A stretch of DNA of 64,000 nucleotides from an uncultured delta proteobacterium (GTDB lineage: Bacteria; Desulfobacterota; Desulfobacteria; Desulfobacterales; JAFDCJ01), in the NCBI GenBank assembly GCA_963769935.1, contig CAVYNY010000010.1, positions 96,001-160,000 on the forward strand, in the 5' to 3' direction. This document shows, piece by piece, positions 21,287 through 30,950 of this stretch. Positions within the stretch are counted from its first letter, which is position 1, and each line of letters starts with the position of its first letter. The position numbers were made by a program, and so were the translations under genes. The notes under the pieces were generated by a model. The model had not been told where the DNA came from. It did not search any database and saw nothing but the letters and a program-made list of their open reading frames with translations.

Positions 21287-21847
21287 TCATATCAAGTATA
21301 ATAAAAATGAGACAAGCGTTTTTCCGTATCGACGCTGATCTTTAATTTCAAAAGGAAGCTGAGCGGCTATGAGCGGCTCCCGGTTGGAATGTTCTACTAT
21401 GAGCCGGGCGCCATTGACCATGGATTGACTAAGGTGCAGATTAGACAGGGTGGGCGTAATCATTTCTTTATTGTAAGGCGGATCCATGAATACCAGATTA
21501 AATGTCATTGCCAATGGCTGCAGGCAATTCAAATTTTTGGTCAGGTCCCATCGAATGAGTTTTGCTCGCCTTTCAAGGCCCAGACTTTTAATATTGGCTT
21601 GCAGCACGGAAATGCAATCACCATCAATATCAATGAAAACAGCTTTTGCGGCGCCGCGACTCAACGCCTCGATGCCATATGCGCCGGTCCCGGAGAAAAG
21701 ATCCAACACGCTGCAATTGCGAATTTGAGGAGCGAGGATGTTAAATATTGCTTCACGAATTCGATTGGCGGTGGGTCTCGTTTTGGTGCCCTGAACCGAG
21801 CGAAGCTTTCGGCCTTTAAACTCACCGGAGATAATCCGCAAAGCCAT
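21287..21847 (-). CDS. rsmD: 16S rRNA m2G966 methyltransferase
   Basis: LRIISGEFKGR, LDLFSGTG, EALSRGA, DPPY. Confidence 0.95.
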   Translation of the reverse strand: MALRIISGEFKGRKLRSVQGTKTRPTANRIREAIFNILAPQIRNCSVLDLFSGTGAYGIEALSRGAAKAVFIDIDGDCISVLQANIKSLGLERRAKLIRWDLTKNLNCLQPLAMTFNLVFMDPPYNKEMITPTLSNLHLSQSMVNGARLIVEHSNREPLIAAQLPFEIKDQRRYGKTLVSFLLYLI

Positions 21848-21856
21848 TCCCAGCCC

Positions 21857-23212
21857 CTATTGATAGCTTTTGATCTTCTTGTGTAAGTAGCTTCGCCCAA
21901 CCCCTATGGCTTCGGCCGTTTTGGTAATATTGTTTTGATACCGGTCAAGTTTGCGATTGATAAATTCCTTTTCAAACGCCAGCTTGGCTTCTTTAAGGTT
22001 GTCTATCTGAAGCAGTTCTGCTTCTCCCATCTCTGCAATCGCACAGGCTTCTGCATTATAGGCAGCAGGGATATCCTGGCTGTCAATAGCCTCGCCTTCC
22101 GCCATTATAGCCAGCCGCTCCACCAGATTTTTGAGTTCTCTGACATTGCCCGGCCAGGAATACTTAGTCAGGATGTCAAGTGCTTCAGGGGTTATCTTCA
22201 TCTGTTTGCTGCGATTTTGAACTGCGAACTCCTTAAAAAAGGTGTCCACCAGCACAGGAATATCTTCAATCCGCTGTCTTAGAGGGGGGACCTCGATCGG
22301 CAGAACATTGAGCCGGTAAAAAAGATCCTCTCTGAATCGGCCTTTTTCAATTTCCTTTTCAAGGTTTTTATTGCTGGCCGCAATGACTCTGACATGGACC
22401 TTAATCGTGCGACTGCCGCCGACGCGTTGGATTTTCTGTTCTTGAAGAACGCGTAAAAATTTGGCCTGGGTTTTAAGGCTCATGTCCCCGATTTCGTCCA
22501 GAAAAACAGTCCCCTGGCTGGCCAGTTCGAATTTACCGATTTTTTTGGTATTGGCGCCGTGGAATGCTCCTTTTTCATGACCGAAAAGTTCACTTTCGAT
22601 CAGATCCTCGGGAATCGCCGCACAGCTTACGTCAATTAGCGGATGCTCGGCACGCGGACTCAGATGATGTATCATACGGGCAACAAGCTCCTTACCGGTA
22701 CCATTTTCACCATTTATCAAAATCCAGGTCGCGGTGGATGCAGCCTTGGCGATATTTTTTTTCAATTCGATTGTATTCGGGCTGTTGCCATTGATGGAGT
22801 TTTTTTCGATAGTTTTCTTGCGCAGATATTTGATTTCTTCCTCAAGACGTCTGAAATTCAGGGCATTGTTGATAGCCACGATTACCTTGTCGATTGAAAG
22901 CGGCTTTTCAATGAGGTCGAAGGCCCCGAGTTTGGTAGCTTTAACGGCCGTTTCTATCGTTCCGTGGCCGGTTATAATGATAACCTGGATATTCGGATTT
23001 TCTCTCTTGATTTCTTTCAGTGTTTCGATTCCGTCGATACCGGGCATCCATATGTCCAGCAAGACCAGATCCGGTGAATCGGCATCAATGATTTTCAAGG
23101 CCTCGTACCCATTTAAAGCCGTGGCAACCTCAAAGCCTTCATCCGAAAGCAGACCACTCAAGCTCTGCAAAATGGAAGGTTCGTCATCCACGATTAAAAG
23201 TGAGGGAAACAT
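21857..23212 (-). CDS. ntrX: NtrX-like response regulator (REC-AAA+-Fis)
   Basis: LLDIWMP REC domain, GENGTGKE; downstream of the NtrY-like kinase; GAFHGA variant loop. Confidence 0.8.
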   Translation of the reverse strand: MFPSLLIVDDEPSILQSLSGLLSDEGFEVATALNGYEALKIIDADSPDLVLLDIWMPGIDGIETLKEIKRENPNIQVIIITGHGTIETAVKATKLGAFDLIEKPLSIDKVIVAINNALNFRRLEEEIKYLRKKTIEKNSINGNSPNTIELKKNIAKAASTATWILINGENGTGKELVARMIHHLSPRAEHPLIDVSCAAIPEDLIESELFGHEKGAFHGANTKKIGKFELASQGTVFLDEIGDMSLKTQAKFLRVLQEQKIQRVGGSRTIKVHVRVIAASNKNLEKEIEKGRFREDLFYRLNVLPIEVPPLRQRIEDIPVLVDTFFKEFAVQNRSKQMKITPEALDILTKYSWPGNVRELKNLVERLAIMAEGEAIDSQDIPAAYNAEACAIAEMGEAELLQIDNLKEAKLAFEKEFINRKLDRYQNNITKTAEAIGVGRSYLHKKIKSYQ

Positions 23213-23286
23213 AAAATATCCTTTAACCAACTGTCAGAGGGTTAGATGTTCAGGTTCATTGAATCGAGAGCGTTTTCTAATCGATA

Positions 23287-23440
23287 AAGTCTGTCGTTTG
23301 TTGTCTATTGTCTGTTGTCTGTTGGAAAAACTCGAGAAGCTATGCAAATTGATTTCTAATGTTATATAGGGTTGTGGGCGCGAAAATTCCAAATATGAAT
23401 ATTATTTTAACCACAGACAACTCACCACAAACAACCCACA
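23287..23440. repeat. Inverted pair of heptamer tandem-repeat arrays
   Basis: TCGTTTG/TTGTCTA/TTGTCTG/TTGTCTG (to 23321) and CAGACAA/CTCACCA/CAAACAA (23414-23434). Confidence 0.6.
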
Positions 23441-23444
23441 TTCT

Positions 23445-25679
23445 TTAAACCGGCAGTTCAATGACGAATTTTGCGCCCCGGGGGACGTTATCATGAGCGC
23501 TGATAAAACCGTTGTGATCTGCGATAATAGTGCTGACAATCGTAAGACCCAACCCCATGCCGCTTTTTTTGGTTGAAAAATTGGGTTCAAATAAGCGCGT
23601 TTTATCCCCGTTGGCAATCCCGGGTCCATTATCGGCCACTTCTATCCGAATCTTTTTTAAAATAGAATCATATGTGACGTCAAAAGTCACAAGGCCATCT
23701 TCTTTGATAGCGCCGATGGCATTGTCGATCAGGTTGATAAATGCCTGTTTTATCTGCTGACGATCAAGGTTAAGGCGCGGGATATCGCCGGTATTCTTGA
23801 TTTCAAATTTAATATTCAGGTGGCCCTCACGGTATAACGCCAAGGATTCTTCAATAATCGGCATTAAATCGCAGGGTTTGGGGTTGGCACTGGGAAATCG
23901 TGCGAATGATGAAAATTCATTTACCAGATTGCGTATCAATTCCACATGGTCAATGATGGTTTGCGTGCACTCATTAAATACCGGTTCATTGATTTGCCTG
24001 GAATATTTGCGTTTCAGTCGCTGGGCCGAAAGGGTAATCGGGGTGAGGGGGTTTTTGACCTCATGTGCGATCCGGCGCGCAACTTCACGCCAGGCCGCCA
24101 TTCGCTGACCTTTTTCCATTTCGGTCAAGTCATCAAACACCATCACAATTCCCATATGTTTTCCGGCGTCGTCCCTTAAAACACTCATCGTTACCAGGAG
24201 GCTGCGCGGTCTTCCCTGGACGGTAAGTTTAAGCGGCACATCTATGGTTGCATCCCGGGCTATGGAGAGGTTGGTCATTATTTCATCGGCAAGATCCCTG
24301 TTCTGCACCTTTAACAGCGTATTGAAACTGCGGTTCAGCACCTTCTCCGAATTGACGCCCAGCATTTTCTCAGCCGATTTATTTATGGTGGAAACCAGAC
24401 CGTCGGCATCCAGGGTCACCACGCCGGCAGAGACACTTTTTAGTACAAATTCCATATATTGGCGTTTTTCTTCAATTTCGATATTTTGCTCTTTAAGCAT
24501 GCGGGCCGAAAATTCCAACTGCTGCCGGCTGGTTCTAAGATCTCGGGTCATTTTATTAAAGGAATTGACCAGGCTGCCGATTTCATCATCCGCGACCGAG
24601 GCGATCGTAAAGCTCAGATCACCCTCGGCAACTCGGCGGGTGCCTTCGGCCATTTCTTTGATAGGAATGCTGATGGTTTTTGCCAGGTAAAATCCGAACC
24701 AGATCGCACAAAATAACACCAGCAAAGCCACTATGGAAAGAGAGATGTAGTAGGTAAGTTGAATGGGCTTTTTATAAAGTTTGATCTGCTGGTACTCCTC
24801 AAACCCTCGCGATATCGATTCTAAATTGCGATATAAATCCGGCGGTATCAAAACCGTTACCACCACAAAACCGACAGCGTCATCGGCGGCGACCCCAAAG
24901 GGGATCCGGCCGATAGTTTTAATAAATTCTCCGGATGGAATTTCCTGGGTGATGGACCGCACGCCGTTGTCGGGAATTTCCTTCTGCAGGTTTTCGGCGG
25001 AAACCTGACCGAAAAATTCGTTCTCCAGTTTTGACTCTAGTGAAAACATGATGCGCTGGGTATTGGCACCATAGACTTCGACGCCATCAAGATTAAATTC
25101 CCGTTGAACCACATGCAGATACTGGGTCAGGGCCTTTAATTTTTCAGGATTTAATAGATCCTTGTTTTTAATCTGATACGATATTCGCTCCAAAAAAAAC
25201 CGGCTGTTGTCCTCCACCCGGTCATATAGCCTGGCGCCAACCCGCAGTGAATTTTCCAACGCCTGTTCGACAGGAACGTTAAACCAGAATTCAATGCTGG
25301 TCGTTATAAAATTGATGGAAAAGAAAAACAGTACCCCAGTTGGAACAATGGTAAGAACAAGAAACGCCACCACCAGACGCGTTCGCAGTTTGGCGCCCAT
25401 CACCTTGCGCTTACGGTCATAGAGTAATTTCACGAGATTTCTGAAAACCAGAAATATCAGCAGAATCAAAAGCAGCAGATTGATATTGATCAGGATGAAC
25501 ATCAAAATGGTATTCGAAACCGGGATATCAGCGCCGAACTGAATGGTTCTGCTTTCTATAAAAGTCAGCAGGGCCACCACAATTAAGATGACAATGATAA
25601 TAATGCTTTCGCGGCGGCGGCGTTTGCGGTCGGCGTCACTGGCAGGGTTTTTGTCCTGTTTAAGTTCAGATCCGGTCAT
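23445..25679 (-). CDS. ntrY: NtrY-like sensor kinase (HAMP-PAS-HisKA-HATPase)
   Basis: GAKLRTRLV, AAWREVARRIAHEVKNPLTPITLSAQRL. Confidence 0.88.
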   Translation of the reverse strand: MTGSELKQDKNPASDADRKRRRRESIIIIVILIVVALLTFIESRTIQFGADIPVSNTILMFILININLLLLILLIFLVFRNLVKLLYDRKRKVMGAKLRTRLVVAFLVLTIVPTGVLFFFSINFITTSIEFWFNVPVEQALENSLRVGARLYDRVEDNSRFFLERISYQIKNKDLLNPEKLKALTQYLHVVQREFNLDGVEVYGANTQRIMFSLESKLENEFFGQVSAENLQKEIPDNGVRSITQEIPSGEFIKTIGRIPFGVAADDAVGFVVVTVLIPPDLYRNLESISRGFEEYQQIKLYKKPIQLTYYISLSIVALLVLFCAIWFGFYLAKTISIPIKEMAEGTRRVAEGDLSFTIASVADDEIGSLVNSFNKMTRDLRTSRQQLEFSARMLKEQNIEIEEKRQYMEFVLKSVSAGVVTLDADGLVSTINKSAEKMLGVNSEKVLNRSFNTLLKVQNRDLADEIMTNLSIARDATIDVPLKLTVQGRPRSLLVTMSVLRDDAGKHMGIVMVFDDLTEMEKGQRMAAWREVARRIAHEVKNPLTPITLSAQRLKRKYSRQINEPVFNECTQTIIDHVELIRNLVNEFSSFARFPSANPKPCDLMPIIEESLALYREGHLNIKFEIKNTGDIPRLNLDRQQIKQAFINLIDNAIGAIKEDGLVTFDVTYDSILKKIRIEVADNGPGIANGDKTRLFEPNFSTKKSGMGLGLTIVSTIIADHNGFISAHDNVPRGAKFVIELPV

Positions 25680-25709
25680 GATATCTGTGGAGGGACAACC
25701 ACTCTGTTT

Positions 25710-26282
25710 TTAGTAGATGAAATCAATGGTGTACCAATCGGTTTCTATATCCCATAAGGAAACAAAAAAAAGAACATAGTGCAGATAAAATGGAAGGGTT
25801 TGCTTGCTCACCTCGGCTTTGGTTCTAAGTTGGTATTGCTGGCCCTTTTCCAGCTGACCCAGCGGTATAATCTTTAAGCTGTTGACTTCGGTCATCCATT
25901 TCTGAGCTTCACTGAAGGATTTGGTCACTTCAGGCTCATTATTTTTCCATGAGCGTCTGACAATGAACTCTTTTTTTAAATTATCATATTTAATGGTGTG
26001 TGTTACCGTAATATCGGCAATTTCCTGGTCGACCCACAAATTGCGAACCCTGTTTAATTTGGCTAAAAATGAAAATGTCGCCGGCACGCCGCTGAGGATA
26101 GCTTTATCCAATTTTTCGTTGAAGGCGCCCTCCAGATTCAGATACAACAGCAGATTGTCGCGGGTATTGGAAACAGTAATGTTGGTAAGCCGGGCTTCCT
26201 GCGCAATGGCAGGTTCATGGCCGATTAGGCACATACCCAGCAACAAAGCCCATATTATCTGTTTCCTCAATGCGAATGCCAT
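25710..26282 (-). CDS. DUF4390-type periplasmic protein
   Basis: Signal peptide; C-terminal LPFYLHYVLFFVSLWDIETDW; position upstream of ntrY. Confidence 0.8.
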   Translation of the reverse strand: MAFALRKQIIWALLLGMCLIGHEPAIAQEARLTNITVSNTRDNLLLYLNLEGAFNEKLDKAILSGVPATFSFLAKLNRVRNLWVDQEIADITVTHTIKYDNLKKEFIVRRSWKNNEPEVTKSFSEAQKWMTEVNSLKIIPLGQLEKGQQYQLRTKAEVSKQTLPFYLHYVLFFVSLWDIETDWYTIDFIY

Positions 26283-26532
26283 AAAAGTACGCTTTAGGAT
26301 TGACGAAGGTTCAATTTCCGGTTTCCGGGCAATCCAAGCATCTGTCCTTAACAATAATTGTCAATGATAAATGCCACTGAACATCACCAGCGGCAGCAAG
26401 AGACGTTTCACAACTAAAGCTGGATAAGATGGCGGTTGCAGGTCGTATGGTCTTGACGATGACCTGATTATGAATATGGATCGCGGCACGGTTTACAACG
26501 GTTTATCTTTTTAATTAATATCGGAAACCGAT

Positions 26533-27444
26533 TTAAATAGCAAGGAATTTTGCCGTCTTGGAGGCAGGTTCAGCAGGCTTGGGCAGCGTCCGGGTCTGCC
26601 AGGATGCCTTATTTTTAAAGAAATTTTCGAGGAAGGCATGGTTGAAAGCATGGCCCGATTTATGGGTGACAATATGGCCCAGGATCGGCATACCGAGCAG
26701 TGAGAAGTCCCCGATGCAGTCCAGCAGTTTATGCCGCACAAACTCATCCTGAAAACGCAGTCCTTCTTTGTTCAGGATGCCTTTCTCATGGATCACGACC
26801 GCGTTGTCCAGAGATCCACCACGGGCAAGGCCATAGCGTTTCATGTATTCCACCTCATGCAAAAAACCAAAGGTGCGGGCACTGGAAATTTCACGTTCGA
26901 ATATGTAGTCCACGACTTCTATCGTGTAGGACTGCTTGCGGATGATGGGATGCTCAAAATCAATATTGCAGGTTATTTTAAATGTTGTGTCCGGATAGGC
27001 ACCGACGAACTTACCATCCTGTTCCAACACAATCGGCTCTTTTAACACAAAAAAATGGCGCGCGGCCTCCTGTTCCCGAATACCGGCCTGCATAATCATA
27101 CGGGTAAACGGCCCGGCACTGCCGTCCATCACCGGTACTTCATAGGAATCAAGCTCTGCCATAGCGTTGTCAATGGACAACCCGGCCAGGCATGCCATCA
27201 GGTGCTCGATGGTGGAGACAATCACACCGTCTAATCCGATCACGGTCGCCATACTGGTATCTACGACACAATTAAACCGGGCGGGAATGGTAGGATCATC
27301 CGGCAGGTCTTTGCGGACAAATTTAATTCCATAATTAACAGGTGCCGGCTTAAGCGTCAGGTGAACCGTTCTGCCGGAATGAAGTCCGACGCCTGAAAAG
27401 CGGACATCATTACAAAGGGTTCTTTGATATGTGGGTATGCACAT
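26533..27444 (-). CDS. lpxC: UDP-3-O-acyl-GlcNAc deacetylase
   Basis: GVGLHSG, TIEHLMA, EISSARTFGF, RHKLLDCIGD, SGH. Confidence 0.96.
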   Translation of the reverse strand: MCIPTYQRTLCNDVRFSGVGLHSGRTVHLTLKPAPVNYGIKFVRKDLPDDPTIPARFNCVVDTSMATVIGLDGVIVSTIEHLMACLAGLSIDNAMAELDSYEVPVMDGSAGPFTRMIMQAGIREQEAARHFFVLKEPIVLEQDGKFVGAYPDTTFKITCNIDFEHPIIRKQSYTIEVVDYIFEREISSARTFGFLHEVEYMKRYGLARGGSLDNAVVIHEKGILNKEGLRFQDEFVRHKLLDCIGDFSLLGMPILGHIVTHKSGHAFNHAFLENFFKNKASWQTRTLPKPAEPASKTAKFLAI

Positions 27445-27750
27445 GAATGAATATCTTTTAAGGATGCCGCGCATCCAGTTAAAAAGTCAGAATAGCCGAT
27501 GCTCTTATACCATACGGCGGGGCAATGGTCAAATCTATTTAAATATTCGAAATTATAATCATTTTGGCAAAAGCCTCAACCAGTCTATAGCCATTGTTCA
27601 TCGATGAATTAAGATTCATTCACGGAAAATTCCGGCCATGCCCGGCTGAACAAAAAGATTGTTCTGGCAAGCGCTATTTGCTATAGGCTTGAGGTGCGCG
27701 TTCCATCTTGCGTACGTTCGTGGTGAATTAATTCTTTTGAGGGAGCGGAT

Positions 27751-29286
27751 TTGCTGGCCAAAGTTCTCAGCAGTGCGGTGCTAGGAATAGACGCCTATCG
27801 CGTGGAAGTGGAAGTCGATATTACCTCGGGACTGCCGACATTTATCACGGTCGGGCTGCCGGAAGCCTCGGTTAAAGAAAGCAAAGAACGGGTCAAGGCC
27901 GCCATCTGCAATTCCGGTTATCGTTTCCCTGACGACCGCATTATCGTTAATTTGGCACCGGCCGATATCAAAAAAGAAGGGACCGGCTTTGATCTGCCGA
28001 TCGCTTTAGGCATCTTGGCTGCTACCGGCATCATACCCCAGAAGATTATCTCTCAGTACCTCATCCTGGGCGAGCTCTCTCTGGACGGCCGCGTTAAAGC
28101 CGTTAAAGGTTCTTTGCCCATGGCCCTGGCGGCCAAGGAAGCCGGCTACAAGACAATTATGGTGCCATATGAAAACGGGCGCGAGGCATCGGTGGTGACC
28201 GATATCGACGTGCTGCCGGTGCAGACCCTGTCCCAGGTGGTCTCCTACTTGAGAGGTTTTTCAGAGTTGGCGCCGCAAAACACGGACATTGCCGCCATCT
28301 TTGATAAAGACGGCCAATTCGAGCTGGACTATGCTGAAGTCATGGGGCAGGAACATGTTAAACGGGCGCTGGAAGTCGCGGCCGCCGGCGGCCATAATCT
28401 AATCATGGTGGGCCCGCCCGGTTCCGGCAAAACCATGCTGGCCAAGCGCCTGCCGACCATCCTGCCGCCTATTAGCTTCGAAGAGGCCATTGAAACATCC
28501 AAGATATTCAGTGTCGTAGGCCTGATGGAAAAAGATCAGGCCCTGATTACCAGCAGGCCGTTTCGTTCGCCCCACCACACGATTTCCGATGCGGGACTGA
28601 TCGGCGGGGGACATATTCCCCGGCCCGGCGAAGTCAGCCTGGCCCACCATGGGGTGCTGTTTCTGGATGAATTGCCGGAGTTTAAAAAGCATGTCCTGGA
28701 AGTGCTGCGCCAGCCCCTGGAAGATTTAAGGGTCACCATATCCCGGGCTTCCACCACCCTGACCTACCCCGCCAGCTTTATGCTGGTGGCCGCCATGAAC
28801 CCCTGCCCCTGCGGTTATCTGTCAGATCCCAAGCATGCCTGCCGCTGCTCGTACCAGCAGATTCACCGCTACCGCTCCAAAATATCCGGCCCCTTGTTGG
28901 ACCGCATCGACATTCACGTAGAAGTGCCGGCCGTGCCTTACAGTGACCTGATGCAGGAATCATACGCCGAGCCTTCCAAGGACATCCGTCAACGTGTAGC
29001 CGCCGCCCGCGGGATTCAATCCCGGCGATTTGGCCGCGCCAAAATTTACTGCAACGCCCAGATGAGCAGCCGTCATATCAAAACCCACTGTAAAATCGAT
29101 GAGGCCTCGCGCGACCTGCTGGAATCGGCCATCGACAAGCTGGGACTTTCGGCCCGCGCCTTCAACCGAATCTTAAAAATTGCCCGCACGATCGCCGACC
29201 TGGAAGGCCAGCAAGCCATCCAGGTCGACCACATCTCCGAAGCCATTCAATACCGCAGCCTGGATCGGGGCAATCAGCTGAAATAG
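27751..29286 (+). CDS. comM: ComM/YifB Mg-chelatase-like AAA+ helicase
   Basis: [39 protein letters not shown]; intact reading frame. Confidence 0.93.
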   Translation: MLAKVLSSAVLGIDAYRVEVEVDITSGLPTFITVGLPEASVKESKERVKAAICNSGYRFPDDRIIVNLAPADIKKEGTGFDLPIALGILAATGIIPQKIISQYLILGELSLDGRVKAVKGSLPMALAAKEAGYKTIMVPYENGREASVVTDIDVLPVQTLSQVVSYLRGFSELAPQNTDIAAIFDKDGQFELDYAEVMGQEHVKRALEVAAAGGHNLIMVGPPGSGKTMLAKRLPTILPPISFEEAIETSKIFSVVGLMEKDQALITSRPFRSPHHTISDAGLIGGGHIPRPGEVSLAHHGVLFLDELPEFKKHVLEVLRQPLEDLRVTISRASTTLTYPASFMLVAAMNPCPCGYLSDPKHACRCSYQQIHRYRSKISGPLLDRIDIHVEVPAVPYSDLMQESYAEPSKDIRQRVAAARGIQSRRFGRAKIYCNAQMSSRHIKTHCKIDEASRDLLESAIDKLGLSARAFNRILKIARTIADLEGQQAIQVDHISEAIQYRSLDRGNQLK

Positions 29287-29650
29287 GGACCATCCTTGAT
29301 CCGGTTTACACGAGCAGGGTGACGGCAGGCATCATCACTGCATCCGTGGGAAGAAAATCAAAGAAAATGAGATTGTAGTCTTCCTGCAGCGCAACTGATC
29401 TTAAGTGATTTACGTGGTATCCAGTGTAATCGTCAAACTGGAATTCAAAGAAGTTTCAAAATTGCTTGCTGCAACAAATAATTTATATTTGCATGATTGT
29501 ATAAAGTTGTTATTTAAATTTCACGGCTTCTTTTAAATCCAAGCCTGATAAGAGAGGAAAGGTTTTCCAATGGCCACTTTGGATATCCAGCCAGCCAAGG
29601 CAGCCCAAAAGACCGATGTTCCATTTCTTATGGATTAAACGAAATAAGAT

Positions 29651-30334
29651 GTGATTAATTTGAATTCGAGGGATTCATTAAATTTCGACACTCAGAAGGC
29701 CGGGTTTTTGAAAAAAAGCCGTTTCACCGGGATGTTGATTGAAGAAAACGCTTTGGATCAAAGCGGGTTTGAACGCTGGCTCTTCTGCCGGGGTATGCTG
29801 TTCAATGCAGCGGAAAAATGGTGGGGCGATCACGGCCGGCGGGATTACTTCCATGAAGGAATCGACCTGTGCCTGTATAAAGACCGTTGCGGAAGGTTGC
29901 GCCGAATTGGTGTAAATACCCGGATCCCGGTGATGCACGACGGTGTAGTCAAGGCAATTTTCAAAGATTATCTCGGCCAGGCGGTGATTTTCGAACATGA
30001 ATACTCCGGCAGCAATACCGGAAGGTTCATATCCTTTTATGCCCACACAAAACCGCGCCCGGCAGTTACAGTCGGCACCGTCGTGAAGGAAGGCGATATC
30101 ATTGCTACCCTGGCCGACACCGGCAACTCAAAGTCCAGGATCCTGCCACATTTACACTTCTCGCTTGGGCTCCCATCCAAATCCTTCTCTTATGAAGGGT
30201 TTGTTTGGAATACGCTTAGGAAACCCGAAATGATAATCATGCTGGATCCCCTGCCGGTCATTGATTGGCCGTATCAGGCGCTGGATGCCGAAAATCCCGC
30301 CTGCCGGTCGAAGCTTCAGCAGGTATTTGACTAA
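29651..30334 (+). CDS. M23-family metallopeptidase-like protein
   Basis: HEGID (HxxxD), YAH and PHLHF motifs; start codon uncertain. Confidence 0.75.
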   Translation: MINLNSRDSLNFDTQKAGFLKKSRFTGMLIEENALDQSGFERWLFCRGMLFNAAEKWWGDHGRRDYFHEGIDLCLYKDRCGRLRRIGVNTRIPVMHDGVVKAIFKDYLGQAVIFEHEYSGSNTGRFISFYAHTKPRPAVTVGTVVKEGDIIATLADTGNSKSRILPHLHFSLGLPSKSFSYEGFVWNTLRKPEMIIMLDPLPVIDWPYQALDAENPACRSKLQQVFD

Positions 30335-30359
30335 GTTGGGGACCTGGCTGGATCAGGAT

Positions 30360-30635
30360 TTAAGGGGCACCATATCTCAGCGGTTTGGCCGCAACAAAAT
30401 TTATGGCCGGCATTTCGAATGGCGCTTCGCCTTGCATTTTAAGACGGTAAATTGCTCCCGGAGTAATTATTTCTTTACCGTTAATCATTTCTTTTATGGC
30501 CGGGGTCACCTTTTTATAGAATTTGTAAAGACTGTCAATGAGTTCTAGATCAGAGATCTGCTCCCACTGTTCACAATCTTTATATCTAACCTCATAAGAA
30601 GGCATCGCAAACATCATTATCCTCTTCGAATTCAC
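30360..30635 (-). CDS. Small hypothetical protein
   Basis: 91-aa ORF occupying an otherwise empty gap, preceded by a sigma-54 motif. Confidence 0.6.
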   Translation of the reverse strand: MNSKRIMMFAMPSYEVRYKDCEQWEQISDLELIDSLYKFYKKVTPAIKEMINGKEIITPGAIYRLKMQGEAPFEMPAINFVAAKPLRYGAP

Positions 30636-30673
30636 AATCTAAACTTAATTTAGCGTCTGAATTGAGAATTACT

Positions 30674-30688
30674 GCAAATTTAGGGCCA
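30674..30688 (-). promoter_or_regulatory. Sigma-54 promoter
   Basis: Minus strand TGGCCC-TAAAT-TTGC. Confidence 0.55.
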
Positions 30689-30950
30689 TTATCATAAATA
30701 TCTGATATTTTGATGTTTATGATCGGACCAACATCTGATTGGCATTAAAACTGTATATTATATAATACGATTATGTTGACTTTATTGCACTATGGATTTC
30801 AAAAGCGATTCACCACTTGCCCGGCCGGTCTTCGGGCAGCGACAATCCGGTATGTTTTTTCTTCCCGATTGTCAGTTGGATTTTCTTCGTCTTTGCTCTG
30901 ATGGATTCATAAAAAGTAATGATATTGCATGGGCGAATTCAGGATAGGCA

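Noticed and set aside
29488..29520. dif-like site (..GCATGAT-TGTATA..)
   Set aside because: The right arm does not match TTATGTTAAAT.
29571..29639. 22-codon ORF MATLDIQPAK... after a purine-rich stretch
   Set aside because: Too short to support without conservation or ribosome data.
27751..29650. Integrated element at or after comM
   Set aside because: comM is intact; no integrase or att-like direct repeats seen.
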